Of a stretch of DNA of 64,000 nt, positions 27,403 through 38,467 are shown piece by piece. Origin of the DNA: a virus. Below the pieces are notes generated by a model. It did not search any database, was not told the DNA's origin, and saw only the letters and a program-made list of their open reading frames with translations. The DNA is taken from positions 6,568 to 70,567 of the IMG/VR virus record IMGVR_UViG_3300008448_000056. The stretch is one strand, 5' to 3'. A program made the translations under genes and the position numbers. Every line of letters begins with the position of its first letter. Position 1 is the stretch's first letter.

Positions 27403-28293
27403 ATGGCAAAATTGTCAGATGTCCAGTATTCACTGAGCGGGGAGTCCAAAAATTCTGGACCATCGGAAGGGGAGAAATTAGTTATTAATGAGATTCGGGA
27501 TGTCACGCCTACTGGTGTTCGATTCCACATATTTAAGCTTGTATCAAATACAAGAAAAGGTGGAGTTCATGTCCCGGGAATTGATGACGTAATTAATCCC
27601 AAGACAGGTAAAATGGAGCGTATTCGTTTGCTGACTGGTGTTGACACTATTTGGTTAAAAGAGCAAAAAGATGTTACACCGGATTATGCAAAAATGAATC
27701 AAAGAAATTTAAGCTTTGTTCGTGGTACTAAGATTCTACGAATTCCCGACTACGACCATACAGCTATTGAATTTGCACGGCTGACACGACATAACATCGG
27801 AAGCCCCGCAAACAAAACTGGAAGTCATTTTGAGTTCTATGAGTACAACCCTGAGCGCGAACAGCAAGAACTGCTCCGTAAAGAAGAACTTGAGATAAAA
27901 ATGGCTATCTTAGCACAAGGAATGCAAGCGGACAAAATGAAAAAACACGCAGCATTCTTGGGAATCCGACTCATTGATGACCTCGGATTGCCTAAAACGG
28001 AAGATGGTTTGCGTAGAGAGTATATGATTTACGCAAAACGTAATCCTGAGTACTTTGAAAAGACGGTAGAATCTAAAGAGGTAGAAGTCGCATGGTTGGT
28101 GAAACGAGCCATTTTGGATTCTAAGCTTGAGATTGGACGGGAAGCTGGTAAAGTTTATTGGGCTAACGGTGGTGGTTTCATCACAGCAATTCCCAAGAAT
28201 GAAAACATAGAAAGCTACCTAGTTAATCTCGCGCTTACAAATACCGAAGAAGGACGTGAATTTAAAGATAGATTAACGAAAGTAACATCCTAA
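27403..28293 (+). CDS. conserved protein downstream of the MCP in crAss-like phages
   Basis: Synteny; YAKRNPEYF motif. Confidence 0.5.
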   Translation: MAKLSDVQYSLSGESKNSGPSEGEKLVINEIRDVTPTGVRFHIFKLVSNTRKGGVHVPGIDDVINPKTGKMERIRLLTGVDTIWLKEQKDVTPDYAKMNQRNLSFVRGTKILRIPDYDHTAIEFARLTRHNIGSPANKTGSHFEFYEYNPEREQQELLRKEELEIKMAILAQGMQADKMKKHAAFLGIRLIDDLGLPKTEDGLRREYMIYAKRNPEYFEKTVESKEVEVAWLVKRAILDSKLEIGREAGKVYWANGGGFITAIPKNENIESYLVNLALTNTEEGREFKDRLTKVTS

Positions 28294-28299
28294 TAGAAA

Positions 28300-28977
28300 A
28301 TGGCATACACTGTTGATGACGTTTACCAGATAGTCCAATACGCCTGCGGGAAAAACTTGCAGCAAGGCTACATTTCCCCGGCGGACTTCAATTTAACCAT
28401 CAATCAGGCTCAGAAATCGTATGCCTCTTACCTACTAGGTAACTTTCAACAATATCAACCGGGAAGACCCCAAGCAAGGGTTGAATTTGGGCAGAACACA
28501 GTAATCCGTCAGCGTTTGACTCCCATTATTTATGGGTACAATCTTACGATTGATGCTACTGGGTTCTCCCCATACCCCGGTGATTATTTGCAACAAGATG
28601 CAATGTGGAGCTTCTACGGGTATAATAGAATCCGGAAAGTGCAGCAACAGTATTTTTACTCTATTTACAACTCCGTTATTGACCCAGTTAATAGCTGGCC
28701 AGTATATATGCTTGAGTATGACGGATTTCGGTTCTTCCCGAACAATACAAGCCAAGCAAAACTTTCTTACGTTCGTAACCCTCCAGACATGGTTTGGGGT
28801 TACACATTAGATGGAAATGGAATCCCCGTTTACAATCCTGCGTCAAGTACTCAACCAGTTTGGGACGACGCTTCAATCCTTGAAATCATTGTGCGCGCAC
28901 TTCGTATAATTGGAGTAAATTTGCAATACAACGATGTGAACGCATACGCTACTGAAATAAAACAAATCGGGCAGTAA
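28300..28977 (+). CDS. tail ring/tubular protein
   Basis: VDDVYQIV...GYISPADFN..INQAQ, LSYVRNP, ILEIIVRAL..IGVNL. Confidence 0.7.
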   Translation: MAYTVDDVYQIVQYACGKNLQQGYISPADFNLTINQAQKSYASYLLGNFQQYQPGRPQARVEFGQNTVIRQRLTPIIYGYNLTIDATGFSPYPGDYLQQDAMWSFYGYNRIRKVQQQYFYSIYNSVIDPVNSWPVYMLEYDGFRFFPNNTSQAKLSYVRNPPDMVWGYTLDGNGIPVYNPASSTQPVWDDASILEIIVRALRIIGVNLQYNDVNAYATEIKQIGQ

Positions 28978-30635
28978 TGGCAAATCTTATTCAAGCTACG
29001 GTATATCAAATTGATGGGTCACCACTCCCCTCAGCGTCAACATTTGATTTTCAGACGAGTAATATTGTAATCCGGGAAGCGATAGTACCCACTATTGCAG
29101 CTGTACAATCTGCTATTTTATATTACAATGTGCCCAATAATAGTCTTAGCGTACAGACATTTTTTGTAAGCGAAACTATTGCAGACCTAGTCGCAGCATC
29201 AAATGTAAGTGTAACTACACAAGTACAAGCTACTGTTCTTGAGATTAACGAAGACCCACAAGTTCCCGGTGGCGTACAATATAGCTTCCCCGCAAATGAA
29301 ATTTTAGTCGGTGAATCAATTAATGCAGTAACTGGGGTAAACGCATATATTCAATTCAAAAATGTAAAGTATTTTGTATCTGAAACACAAAGCGATATTT
29401 TACTTTATTCAAATTTAGCTGGTTCTGGGATTCAAATTACTAAATCTGAATTAGATTTATTAGTAGCATCTAATGATTTAGTTCCCTCGGCAACGTATAT
29501 TATTTCTGGTGTAGACACTCCTTTATACGGAGGAACTACAATTATTATCAAAGCTGCTACCACCAACAAACTGGAGCTTGCTGGACATGGTGTATTCTAT
29601 AATCCTAAATACATCAATTTACAAGCCCCTAACAATGGGTATGGCATCTGGCAGAGTGGAAATACTTATGCTATTGGAGATGATGCTATTTGGGGTGGTA
29701 AGCATTGGACAAACAAGACTGGTGTAGCTGGTTCTTCTGTAGATAAGTATACACTTGACTCCACCAACTGGGATGTTGTTGCATTCAACTCCACAGACTA
29801 TAATGTTGTGTCTGATGTAATACATTATGACCAAGAACATGACATGATTATCCGTAGAAAGGATAAGTGGGATAATGATGTTGATGGTAACTATTTAGTA
29901 TTTATAGAATTTTCTGACTATAATGGAAGCAATTTAGGTAACCCTATTAAGGATTTTCAATGGGGAAATGGACCTGAAGGCTTTAACACTTCTACATATT
30001 ATTATAGAGGAGTATTTTCAAACTATGTAAAAGATAGTTATTTAGAATGTATTAATTTTATTGGGGATTTTTTATCTTCTAATACATTAACTCAATTTTC
30101 CAAAATACACTCCAATATTATTGATTATACTTCTAGTATTTCTAGTAATAATTTAGAATCAGGGTCAGCAATTCATAGCAATACAATAACTCAAACTTCA
30201 GGTATCACAGGGAATAATTTACATTTTTATAGTTCAATTGCACAAAATCAAATTAATGACTCTGTGTATGTAGTTGAAAATGTTTTAAATTCAACATCTA
30301 ATATATCTGTTAATCAACTCAGCAGTAGTGCTAGTATTAGAAGAAATACATTAAATAGTCAATCTACTATATATGGTAATATACTTTCTAACGTTAGTTC
30401 CATAAGTTCAAACATTTTATCTAACAGTATTTTTGGCTTTGGGTATGGAACATTGTCTGGTAAAACAATAGAAAATATTGAAGCAAACTACGCCAATGCT
30501 ACATTTAACATATCTGCTGCTACAATCATTTATGGAGACTATTCCAAACAAATGTTCAGAAACAGTGCTGGAACAACAAGGCTAGCCTATTACAATGCTT
30601 CTAGTGTATTAACAGTTGTAAACGTAAACGCATAA
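28977..30635 (+). CDS. fibre/spike protein with two N-terminal adaptor repeats and a beta-helix C-terminus
   Basis: Tandem QATV...FFVSET repeats; 11-residue SxIxxNxL repeats. Confidence 0.6.
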   Translation: MANLIQATVYQIDGSPLPSASTFDFQTSNIVIREAIVPTIAAVQSAILYYNVPNNSLSVQTFFVSETIADLVAASNVSVTTQVQATVLEINEDPQVPGGVQYSFPANEILVGESINAVTGVNAYIQFKNVKYFVSETQSDILLYSNLAGSGIQITKSELDLLVASNDLVPSATYIISGVDTPLYGGTTIIIKAATTNKLELAGHGVFYNPKYINLQAPNNGYGIWQSGNTYAIGDDAIWGGKHWTNKTGVAGSSVDKYTLDSTNWDVVAFNSTDYNVVSDVIHYDQEHDMIIRRKDKWDNDVDGNYLVFIEFSDYNGSNLGNPIKDFQWGNGPEGFNTSTYYYRGVFSNYVKDSYLECINFIGDFLSSNTLTQFSKIHSNIIDYTSSISSNNLESGSAIHSNTITQTSGITGNNLHFYSSIAQNQINDSVYVVENVLNSTSNISVNQLSSSASIRRNTLNSQSTIYGNILSNVSSISSNILSNSIFGFGYGTLSGKTIENIEANYANATFNISAATIIYGDYSKQMFRNSAGTTRLAYYNASSVLTVVNVNA

Positions 30636-30636
30636 A

Positions 30637-31269
30637 ATGACAAGAGCTGAATTTATAGAAAGAACTCTTCGCCAGATTTATGGCGGGTATGTGTCGGAAG
30701 ATTCTTCGATTACTCCCATGCTAGTAAATTCTTGGCTAAATGATGCTATTGCTCTTGCTGCAAAAACAAACTATACTGACAACTTAAAGTTGGATGGTAT
30801 AGGTTATGTTAACAATGCTTTTTATACTACATTTAAGGGAATTGCTCCTACACTAGACGAGCAGAATCTTTGGAAGCTACAGCTTCCCCAAGTGCCCGTA
30901 GGTATTGGTACAAATGAGGGAATTTCTACCATTGTGTTCAAAGATGCAAATGGGACTCTCAGCTTCCCACTAATTCCCTTGTCTGCAAACCAAAAGACGT
31001 ACTTCCAAACTATGCGTCCAATTCCCAACAAAACTTTGTATTACAATGAAGGGGGATTTGTATACGTAATTACAAATGTATTATTGAGTAACTATAGTGC
31101 TAGCGTTACAATGGTTAGCGGAGGGAACTCGTCAGACTTGAGCAGTACGCTGAACGTACCATCTGACTACTTCCCTGCAATGGTAGCCTATGTACAACAG
31201 CAATTAAACTTGATGAAAGCTGCTCCTAAAGACTTAGCTAATGATGGCCAAGATTTATCAGTAAACTAA
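30637..31269 (+). CDS. tail ring/tubular protein
   Basis: MTRAEFIERTLRQIYGG...LNVPSDY...PKDLAND. Confidence 0.6.
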   Translation: MTRAEFIERTLRQIYGGYVSEDSSITPMLVNSWLNDAIALAAKTNYTDNLKLDGIGYVNNAFYTTFKGIAPTLDEQNLWKLQLPQVPVGIGTNEGISTIVFKDANGTLSFPLIPLSANQKTYFQTMRPIPNKTLYYNEGGFVYVITNVLLSNYSASVTMVSGGNSSDLSSTLNVPSDYFPAMVAYVQQQLNLMKAAPKDLANDGQDLSVN

Positions 31270-31280
31270 AATTTAAGTAT

Positions 31281-31382
31281 ATGTTTTCATGGGGAATTAT
31301 CACAGGAATGGCTCTTACCCTTCTATTTGCAGAAATCGGTAAGGCTGGTCTTACATGGTTTAAACAAAAATTTTTTAAATGA
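31281..31382 (+). CDS. 33-aa hydrophobic peptide (not in ORF track)
   Basis: MFSWGIITGMALTLLFAEIGK...; ATGA overlap with groES. Confidence 0.4.
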   Translation: MFSWGIITGMALTLLFAEIGKAGLTWFKQKFFK

Positions 31383-31642
31383 AACCAATACGTTCAAACG
31401 TACTTGTAAAACCATTTCCCCCATCAGAGATTTCTGAAGGGGGAATTTTCGTACCTTTATCAGCAAGAAAGGAAAACAATCGGGTAACAATTGTAGCGGT
31501 GGGAAATGGAACCCCTAAAAAGCCAATGCAATTCAAGCCCGGTCAGGTTGCCTACCGTGTGAAAGAATGGGGTACTCCTGTTGAAATTCAAGGGGAGATG
31601 CATTACATAATGGATGACTCTGCGATTTTGGCAACTGAATAA
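31379..31642 (+). CDS. groES: co-chaperonin GroES
   Basis: MKPIRSNVLVKP...SEGGIFVP...IVAVGNG...GTPVEIQGE.HYIMDDSAILA. Confidence 0.9.
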   Translation: MKPIRSNVLVKPFPPSEISEGGIFVPLSARKENNRVTIVAVGNGTPKKPMQFKPGQVAYRVKEWGTPVEIQGEMHYIMDDSAILATE

Positions 31643-31653
31643 TAGTTACAAAG

Positions 31654-32424
31654 ATGCCTTTACAGAATAGACAATGGGTTAATTTGGATGATTGCATAAC
31701 GTCGTATTTGGACGAATCTGAGCAATCAAACACAAAATACTTTAAGCTTTGGAACTTGGCTTTTCGTGCCATGACTGAACTTGGACTGGACTTCTTCTAT
31801 TCTGTTAAATCTGTAAAGCTACCTGTAAATCCAAACCTTACAGTAACACTTCCCGAAGATTATCTTAATTATACAAAGGTGGGAATCCTTGACAATCAAG
31901 GACAAATAATTCCCCTCTCAGTAAACAATAACCTCACTACCTCATTCGACCTTCAACCTACACGACTTTCTCAGGTTGTAGACCCATCAATTGTAACAGC
32001 ATATAGCCCACAGGGAATTGTTTGGTGGAACTACTGGAATGGATATGGCCTTAGCAACCTTTACGGTCTGCCTTCTGGTAGCCCATTTGTAGGCCAGTTT
32101 AAGATGGATGCCGCAAACGGTGTCATCGTACTTGACATCAATTACAACTTTGAATACATCATGTTGGAGTATATCGCTGCCCCTATTGCGGGTGGTGAGT
32201 ATTTTGTCCCCGTTCAATTCAAAGAAGCAGTTATCGCATATTTGCGTTGGAAGGACATCATTTCCCTCCCAACATCAAGAAAAGGCTCTCTAGGTGACAA
32301 ACGTGACCGTAGAAACGACTATTATAATGAACGTCGTTTGGCTATCGCTCGTTACGATGCAGTTAATCTGACTGACTTGTACGAATGGAACCTGAAAAAT
32401 CAAAGGATTACGGTAAAAGGATAA
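31654..32424 (+). CDS. tail ring/tubular protein
   Basis: VTLPEDYLNYTKVG, IMLEYI, VPVQFKEAVIAYLRW. Confidence 0.7.
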   Translation: MPLQNRQWVNLDDCITSYLDESEQSNTKYFKLWNLAFRAMTELGLDFFYSVKSVKLPVNPNLTVTLPEDYLNYTKVGILDNQGQIIPLSVNNNLTTSFDLQPTRLSQVVDPSIVTAYSPQGIVWWNYWNGYGLSNLYGLPSGSPFVGQFKMDAANGVIVLDINYNFEYIMLEYIAAPIAGGEYFVPVQFKEAVIAYLRWKDIISLPTSRKGSLGDKRDRRNDYYNERRLAIARYDAVNLTDLYEWNLKNQRITVKG

Positions 32425-32503
32425 AATACAAAAAAAGATTACAATTCCAGAAAATACAAAAAATACAAATCTGGAATCAATGAATTGTAAATAAAATTAG
32501 AAT

Positions 32504-32776
32504 ATGTCACTTTCCGCAATACTTGGTCCGGGGTTGGTTTCGATATACGGTGCGGGAAGTAATACCAGCACAGTAACAGGAGCAATAGTTCCCAATAATA
32601 CATTTTTTTTTGGGGTAGTAGACCAAACTTGGAATGGATTAAACGGGAATGTATCTGTAGGACAATCTGTTTTATTCCAAGAATCAGATGTATTTACTCG
32701 TTTAGTTTATTCAAATCAAACATATACTTTAATTCAAGAAGATAAAGTAATTTTGATAGAAGTTACCCCACCATGA
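32504..32776 (+). CDS. GroES-fold-like small protein
   Basis: VSVGQSVLF...YSNQTYTLIQEDKVILIE parallels the GroES C-terminal half. Confidence 0.4.
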   Translation: MSLSAILGPGLVSIYGAGSNTSTVTGAIVPNNTFFFGVVDQTWNGLNGNVSVGQSVLFQESDVFTRLVYSNQTYTLIQEDKVILIEVTPP

Positions 32777-35700
32777 TAGACGCAAAAAGATTTTCTGGAG
32801 TCCTAAATACCGACGATAAGCCGGAAAACGTCGCTGGCCCTCAGCACATCGACGCAAAAAATGTTCGTTTTTATGGCGGCCCTAGCGGGTTAACAGCAGA
32901 AAATATTAAGGGTAATTACTTAATTAATAACGCACAACTTCCCGACGGATTAAATGAATGTATTGGCTCTTTCTTTGATTCAGTAAACCAAAGAATTATT
33001 TGGTTTAATTACAATAGTGCGGGAAATAATGGTATTTATAAACTTGACCTTCAGACCGAAACTGTATCTAAGATTTTTTTGTGCAATACTGATACCGCAA
33101 CTGATATTCTGAACTTTAGCCCAGATTATCCAGTACATTCTTGCAACCTTGTATATAGAACTCCGGGAGATGGCGACCTTCTCTACTGGACAGACGGTAA
33201 CAATCGTCCTCGTTATCTAAACTTGGATACCGTGTCTTCCCTTGCGCCATTTACAGAGGATATGATTAATGCGGCAAAGAATGCTCCTCTTACGCCACCT
33301 GATTTGGAATATCAGGATGATGTAAATTTTAAAACAAACAATTTAAGAAAGAAATTATTTAGAGCTTGTTATCGTTGGGTTTATAGTAATGGAGAAAAAT
33401 CTACATTTTCTCCTATATCAAAAGTTCCCCTACCTGTAAATGGATATGACGTAACAACAAACGCCATAGATACTTACAACAATAGAATACAAATAACAGT
33501 AACTGGAGGTGGAGATGATTACACAGCAATTGAAGTTGCTGGTCAATTTAATATAAATAATGTATGGAGTGATTTCTTTTTAATTGATAGCTTAGATGCT
33601 ACTCAATACAATATTGCTCCGGGTGGTACATATAATTACAGATTTTATAACGATTCTACATACACCCCAATAGACCCTCAAGAAACTGACTTATATTTTA
33701 GCTGGCTACCAAACAAAGCTAATACGCTTGAGCTGCTAAACGGTAATGTTCTTATTTACGGGGGAATTACTGATGGTTATGATTTGTTGCAAAGAGATGA
33801 AGTTGACGTAGTAATTACATCAAGCTTATCTTCAAGCGGCGGAAGTGTACCTACAATAACTTACGGATATTCTGGGCCTCGTTCTATTTATGTTTATATT
33901 GGCCCAGTAATTCAAACTGGTGCAGTATATAATGTAACATTTAATTATACTAATTCGGTAACTCCGCCAGTTATAACTTATACATCTAACGATAGCTATA
34001 CAACTATTGGTGGCGATACTCAGGCAAGCATTGCGACTTCCCTAGCTGCGTTAATAAACAACCCCGGATTCATTACTGCTACAGCAACTGGTGGAGGTTA
34101 TATATTTATTACTGTCTCTAGCGGTATCGGTAGTATTACAAATGTAGTTGTTACTGCCACGGGAACTGGTGGTGTTGTAACTCCGGGACCGTCTTGGAAA
34201 TGGAGTTGTCCCGGAAGACTTGGACTGGTTTATTTTGATGATAGAGGGAAAACAAATGGAGTAATATCTTACGTTGCAGATAACGTATTGGATAATACAG
34301 ATTTTGCATTTTATACTCCAGCGTTCGGTACGTCTGGAGGTGTCCCTCAAACTCCAGTTGTTAATGCATCAATAAATCACACACCACCAACTTGGGCGAC
34401 TAGTTATCAATGGGTACGGGCAAACTTGTTGCCTACTAGTTTTATATATTGGGTGACTTCTGATTATCAAACGGATTCAACATATTTATATTTTTGTATA
34501 CAAAACTTAACTGAACAAAAGGAAAAAGATACAGGTTTTGTGCCAAGTTATGAGTTTACACAAGGTGATAGAGTTCGAGTAATAGCATCATATACTGGTT
34601 CTGCATTTTCTCCATACGTTGATGGTAGCGGACAGCCATTCCAGCAGGATATGGCTATTTTGGGGACTGTTGAAAGAACGATGGCTTCTCCAGCAACAAA
34701 CGGTACATTTTTGAAAGTATATAATACTGGCTCATTCCCTACCGCATCTTATCAACAAAAAATGTTGATTGAGATTTATAGCCCAAGACAGAAAAATACT
34801 AGTGAAACTGAACTGTTTTTTGAGTGGGGCGAAAAATATGATATTTATACTTTGCTTGGTAACAGATACCATAGAGGGCAAATAGCAGACCAAACATCAA
34901 CTCAACCAGCTACATTTGAATGGAAAGAAGGTGATGTTTATTTTAAGCCAAGAACATTTTATACTAATGTAGGTTCTCCGGCTGTTGTAAATACCCAATA
35001 TTTCCAAGACGCTAATTACAGCGATTATTTTGTAAGTGCGGTAAATTCTAATGGAAGAGCTTGGGTTGTTGATTCTTTGGCCGCAGAAGAATATAATTCT
35101 GTTATGATTAGATGGGGTGGGAAGTATCAAGATGGAACTACAATAAATGAACTCCCAATTTTTAGACCTAATGACTTGGATATGGCTGATAGGTCTAAAG
35201 GTGATATACAAAGATTTAAATCACGTGATAGGATTTTGCGTGTATTCCAAGACCGGGGAACTGGTCAGTATGGAGTTTATATGCGTTTTATTCAGAATAA
35301 TCAAGGTCAATCTGAGCTGGTTACTACGAATGAAATTATTACAACAAATAACATTCAATACTATCAAGGTGTATATGGGGTATCAGGATACCCGACAAAC
35401 TTAGTAAGTACCCAAAATGCTGACTATTTTGTAGATGTGGTAACTGGTCGTGCAATTAGATTGGGGGGAAATGGACTCACAGACTTGGGCTTGGCTTACA
35501 AAGGTCAATTCTTCTTGAGTCAGTTAGTACTTCCCTACAATAAATCAATAACAAGAGCTGGCGGTTTTACATCTAAGATAATGGGGTTATTTAACTACTT
35601 TGACAATCAATATAATGTATTGTTGCAGGGAAGTATTAGCCAACTTATTATCCAAAGCCAATCTCCTTTTGAATTATCAGCTACTTACGAATTGTATTTA

Positions 35701-36489
35701 AACGGAGAGCCTAAAACTGGGGACGTTATAAGTATTGAATTGACAGATAGTTTATCAACTACTCAAACATATTCATACACCGTATTGGCTGGTGACACTG
35801 TTGATGATATAATTACTGGCTTGGTTGCAGACATTAACGGTGGAATTGACTTTGTTGCTACCTCAATATCGGGTTCCCCTTATTCTCACCTAGAAGTAGT
35901 ATCTGCTTACCCGCTTATTACAGTAGAGGGAATTACTGCCATAACATATAATACAACAGGAGACGTAACCCCATACAATTTCAGCTTCAACGAAACTCGT
36001 AACGGGTTCTGCTCATTTTACGATTTCCATCCAGAATGGGCTACAGGGGCTAACGATATGGTCTACACTTGGAAAAACGGGGAAATCTGGAAGCACGACG
36101 ACCCAACATACTGTAATTTCTACGGAGACCAGTATAACGCATCCGTAACCGTTGTTTTTAACAATAATTTGTTGGGTAAAAAGTCTTGGCATAGTATTAA
36201 CGAAATTGCCAGCGGTATATGGGCAGTTCCCTCAATGTATACCAACACCAAATCCTACGGAAGTACTAATCAATTATCCAATCTGGTAGACGCAGAATTT
36301 ACCATTTTGGAAGGGAATCCGTCATCCGCCATCAAGAGAGACTCCAATTCCCAAGGCGGAAAAATCAACGGGGACTTCATGAAAGGCAACTATTTAGTTG
36401 CTAAATTTGAGAAACAAAATGCTTCAAATTATATAACTTTGTCAGAGGTCTCTGTCCGAACTACGGATAGCCCGTTGACAGCAAAATAA
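32773..36489 (+). CDS. tail stabilisation/muzzle protein (P22 gp10-like)
   Basis: GVLNTDD...IDAKNVR, LLYWTDGNNRPRYLN, SFYDFHPE, INGDFMKGNY. Confidence 0.8.
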   Translation: MIDAKRFSGVLNTDDKPENVAGPQHIDAKNVRFYGGPSGLTAENIKGNYLINNAQLPDGLNECIGSFFDSVNQRIIWFNYNSAGNNGIYKLDLQTETVSKIFLCNTDTATDILNFSPDYPVHSCNLVYRTPGDGDLLYWTDGNNRPRYLNLDTVSSLAPFTEDMINAAKNAPLTPPDLEYQDDVNFKTNNLRKKLFRACYRWVYSNGEKSTFSPISKVPLPVNGYDVTTNAIDTYNNRIQITVTGGGDDYTAIEVAGQFNINNVWSDFFLIDSLDATQYNIAPGGTYNYRFYNDSTYTPIDPQETDLYFSWLPNKANTLELLNGNVLIYGGITDGYDLLQRDEVDVVITSSLSSSGGSVPTITYGYSGPRSIYVYIGPVIQTGAVYNVTFNYTNSVTPPVITYTSNDSYTTIGGDTQASIATSLAALINNPGFITATATGGGYIFITVSSGIGSITNVVVTATGTGGVVTPGPSWKWSCPGRLGLVYFDDRGKTNGVISYVADNVLDNTDFAFYTPAFGTSGGVPQTPVVNASINHTPPTWATSYQWVRANLLPTSFIYWVTSDYQTDSTYLYFCIQNLTEQKEKDTGFVPSYEFTQGDRVRVIASYTGSAFSPYVDGSGQPFQQDMAILGTVERTMASPATNGTFLKVYNTGSFPTASYQQKMLIEIYSPRQKNTSETELFFEWGEKYDIYTLLGNRYHRGQIADQTSTQPATFEWKEGDVYFKPRTFYTNVGSPAVVNTQYFQDANYSDYFVSAVNSNGRAWVVDSLAAEEYNSVMIRWGGKYQDGTTINELPIFRPNDLDMADRSKGDIQRFKSRDRILRVFQDRGTGQYGVYMRFIQNNQGQSELVTTNEIITTNNIQYYQGVYGVSGYPTNLVSTQNADYFVDVVTGRAIRLGGNGLTDLGLAYKGQFFLSQLVLPYNKSITRAGGFTSKIMGLFNYFDNQYNVLLQGSISQLIIQSQSPFELSATYELYLNGEPKTGDVISIELTDSLSTTQTYSYTVLAGDTVDDIITGLVADINGGIDFVATSISGSPYSHLEVVSAYPLITVEGITAITYNTTGDVTPYNFSFNETRNGFCSFYDFHPEWATGANDMVYTWKNGEIWKHDDPTYCNFYGDQYNASVTVVFNNNLLGKKSWHSINEIASGIWAVPSMYTNTKSYGSTNQLSNLVDAEFTILEGNPSSAIKRDSNSQGGKINGDFMKGNYLVAKFEKQNASNYITLSEVSVRTTDSPLTAK

Positions 36490-36495
36490 TATATT

Positions 36496-37164
36496 ATGCC
36501 ACCAGTATCAGGAGCTAGTGCAACCCCTTGGGGGGCGATAATTCAGGGAGGTCTTGGACTTGCTCAAATGGTTGGCGGCGCAATTGGAGCCGCTAAGGGT
36601 CGTAAAGAACTTAAAGGGCTATTGGCTCAGTCACCTCAGTACAAAGCTGATGAAGGAATTATGAGCTATTACAACCAAGCCCTTCAGCGTGCAGGCATTT
36701 CCCCTACAGAATCAGCTCTCTACAAACGTCAGATGCAAAACATAGGTCGTAGCGCAGCTACTGGACTCCGTGCAGCGCAACAAGAAGGTGGTGGGTTAGC
36801 AGCTGCTTCTAGTATTGCTAGAGGTATGAGTGATTCTGCTTTAAACGCAGAAACTGCTGCTGAACAACAACAAGCTCAGAGATTTGGGGCACTTGGAGCC
36901 GCTGCTCAAATGGCTGCTGGCGAACGTCAGCGCGCTTTTGATATCAATGTAATGCAGCCTTGGCAGACAAAAGCTCAAATGGCTGGGCAACGTGCAGCTG
37001 GTGGGGCTCAGACATTCAATATCGGAGCTGGTAATATTTTTGGTGCGGGAAGTAGCCTTGCAACTGCTGATTTGTACAAACAGCTTTATGGTAAAGGCGG
37101 AAACAAGTATGGTGCAATAGGTGGTTTGCTTGGACGATATGGCGGTGGTTTACTGGGTCAGTAA
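36496..37164 (+). CDS. putative ejection (pilot) protein
   Basis: A/G/Q-rich with an N-terminal GxxxG hydrophobic helix, follows the muzzle gene. Confidence 0.6.
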   Translation: MPPVSGASATPWGAIIQGGLGLAQMVGGAIGAAKGRKELKGLLAQSPQYKADEGIMSYYNQALQRAGISPTESALYKRQMQNIGRSAATGLRAAQQEGGGLAAASSIARGMSDSALNAETAAEQQQAQRFGALGAAAQMAAGERQRAFDINVMQPWQTKAQMAGQRAAGGAQTFNIGAGNIFGAGSSLATADLYKQLYGKGGNKYGAIGGLLGRYGGGLLGQ

Positions 37165-37181
37165 TATTAATTTTATATAAA

Positions 37182-38462
37182 ATGGCGTTGCAACTTCCCA
37201 ACATATATACCCTAGGTCAAGTACAAGTTAATAGTCAACCATTAGCTCAACTACAAGGACAGCTGATTGCTAAACAACAAGCTAAGCAAGAAGCTTTGGA
37301 TAAGTATTTTGAGAAGCAAATGAGTGATTTGTCTAGAGATGGAATTGCAGAAAATGATATGCCTGATTGGGATGCTGAAGTTACTGGTTTAAAAAATTAT
37401 TGGAAACAAAATAAAGATGATATTGCGAGGGGGGGAGATGCAAAGTTTCAGTTTGATAAAAAAGTTCAAGAAATAAGAACCTTAGCTTCCCAATCTAAAG
37501 AGAAAAAAAGAGATTTACTTGAACTTGGTCGTCAAGCAACAATTGCTGGCAAGAATTTTACAGATACAGATATGACTGTAATTGATAAAATGTCATTGCC
37601 AATAAGAAGTAAGGATAGGATTAACCCTGAAACTGGTAAAGCTTGGGGGTATTGGGATTTATCTACTCAAGTCCCTGCATTCGATGCAAGTAAAAGAAAT
37701 TCTTGGTTTAATAATATATCTTCTGATATAGAGCCTGAAATTGCTAAAGCAGTACCAAAAACTAGAAAAACATTGCCGGGAGGAGATATACAAGAAGATA
37801 TTGAATATTTTTATGGGGACAGGCAGCTCCAATTCATGGAAAATAAAGCCATGTCTCTTTTAGCGTCTGATAGGACCGCAATGAATGATTACGAAAAACT
37901 TAAAGCTAACCCAACAGACCCTAGATTAGCAGAATTACAAAAAGCATGGGATGCTGCGCCTTGGCATAAAGGTAAGCCTATGACTACTTTACAGGATTTG
38001 GCTGCTGCTGATGTTTTACGCGAATATTATTTGAGACCTCCTGTAAGAAAGCTTAAAACATATCAAGTAAGTCAAGGTAGTGGAGGTACTACTAAGGCTG
38101 TTGATGCTGATATTCGTCCTTATTTAGTATTCCCTAAGTATACCGCATCTACAGTAACATTGCCAGATGGTAGAAAAGCAGTTCCCTCCACTGAAATATC
38201 ACCTAACGATTTGTCAAAAATTAAAGTAGTTCCTGAGTTTATTGGAGGAAAAGATTACTATATTGTGGAGTCTGATGGTGTATGGAGGGGAGAAGGAGGT
38301 CAAAGAATTGTAGACGAAGATTTGGCTGTGCAAGCTGCACCTTCAGATATTAGAGAATCATATTTAAAAAAGAAAATGTCTGGCGGGAAACCAAGCCAAA
38401 CTAAAAAAACAACTACTCCTGCTGGAACTAAAAAGAAAACTGGGGCTAGTGGATTAAATTAA
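37182..38462 (+). CDS. putative internal virion/ejection protein
   Basis: Helical, lies between the pilot and giant proteins. Confidence 0.5.
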   Translation: MALQLPNIYTLGQVQVNSQPLAQLQGQLIAKQQAKQEALDKYFEKQMSDLSRDGIAENDMPDWDAEVTGLKNYWKQNKDDIARGGDAKFQFDKKVQEIRTLASQSKEKKRDLLELGRQATIAGKNFTDTDMTVIDKMSLPIRSKDRINPETGKAWGYWDLSTQVPAFDASKRNSWFNNISSDIEPEIAKAVPKTRKTLPGGDIQEDIEYFYGDRQLQFMENKAMSLLASDRTAMNDYEKLKANPTDPRLAELQKAWDAAPWHKGKPMTTLQDLAAADVLREYYLRPPVRKLKTYQVSQGSGGTTKAVDADIRPYLVFPKYTASTVTLPDGRKAVPSTEISPNDLSKIKVVPEFIGGKDYYIVESDGVWRGEGGQRIVDEDLAVQAAPSDIRESYLKKKMSGGKPSQTKKTTTPAGTKKKTGASGLN

Positions 38463-38467
38463 TACTA

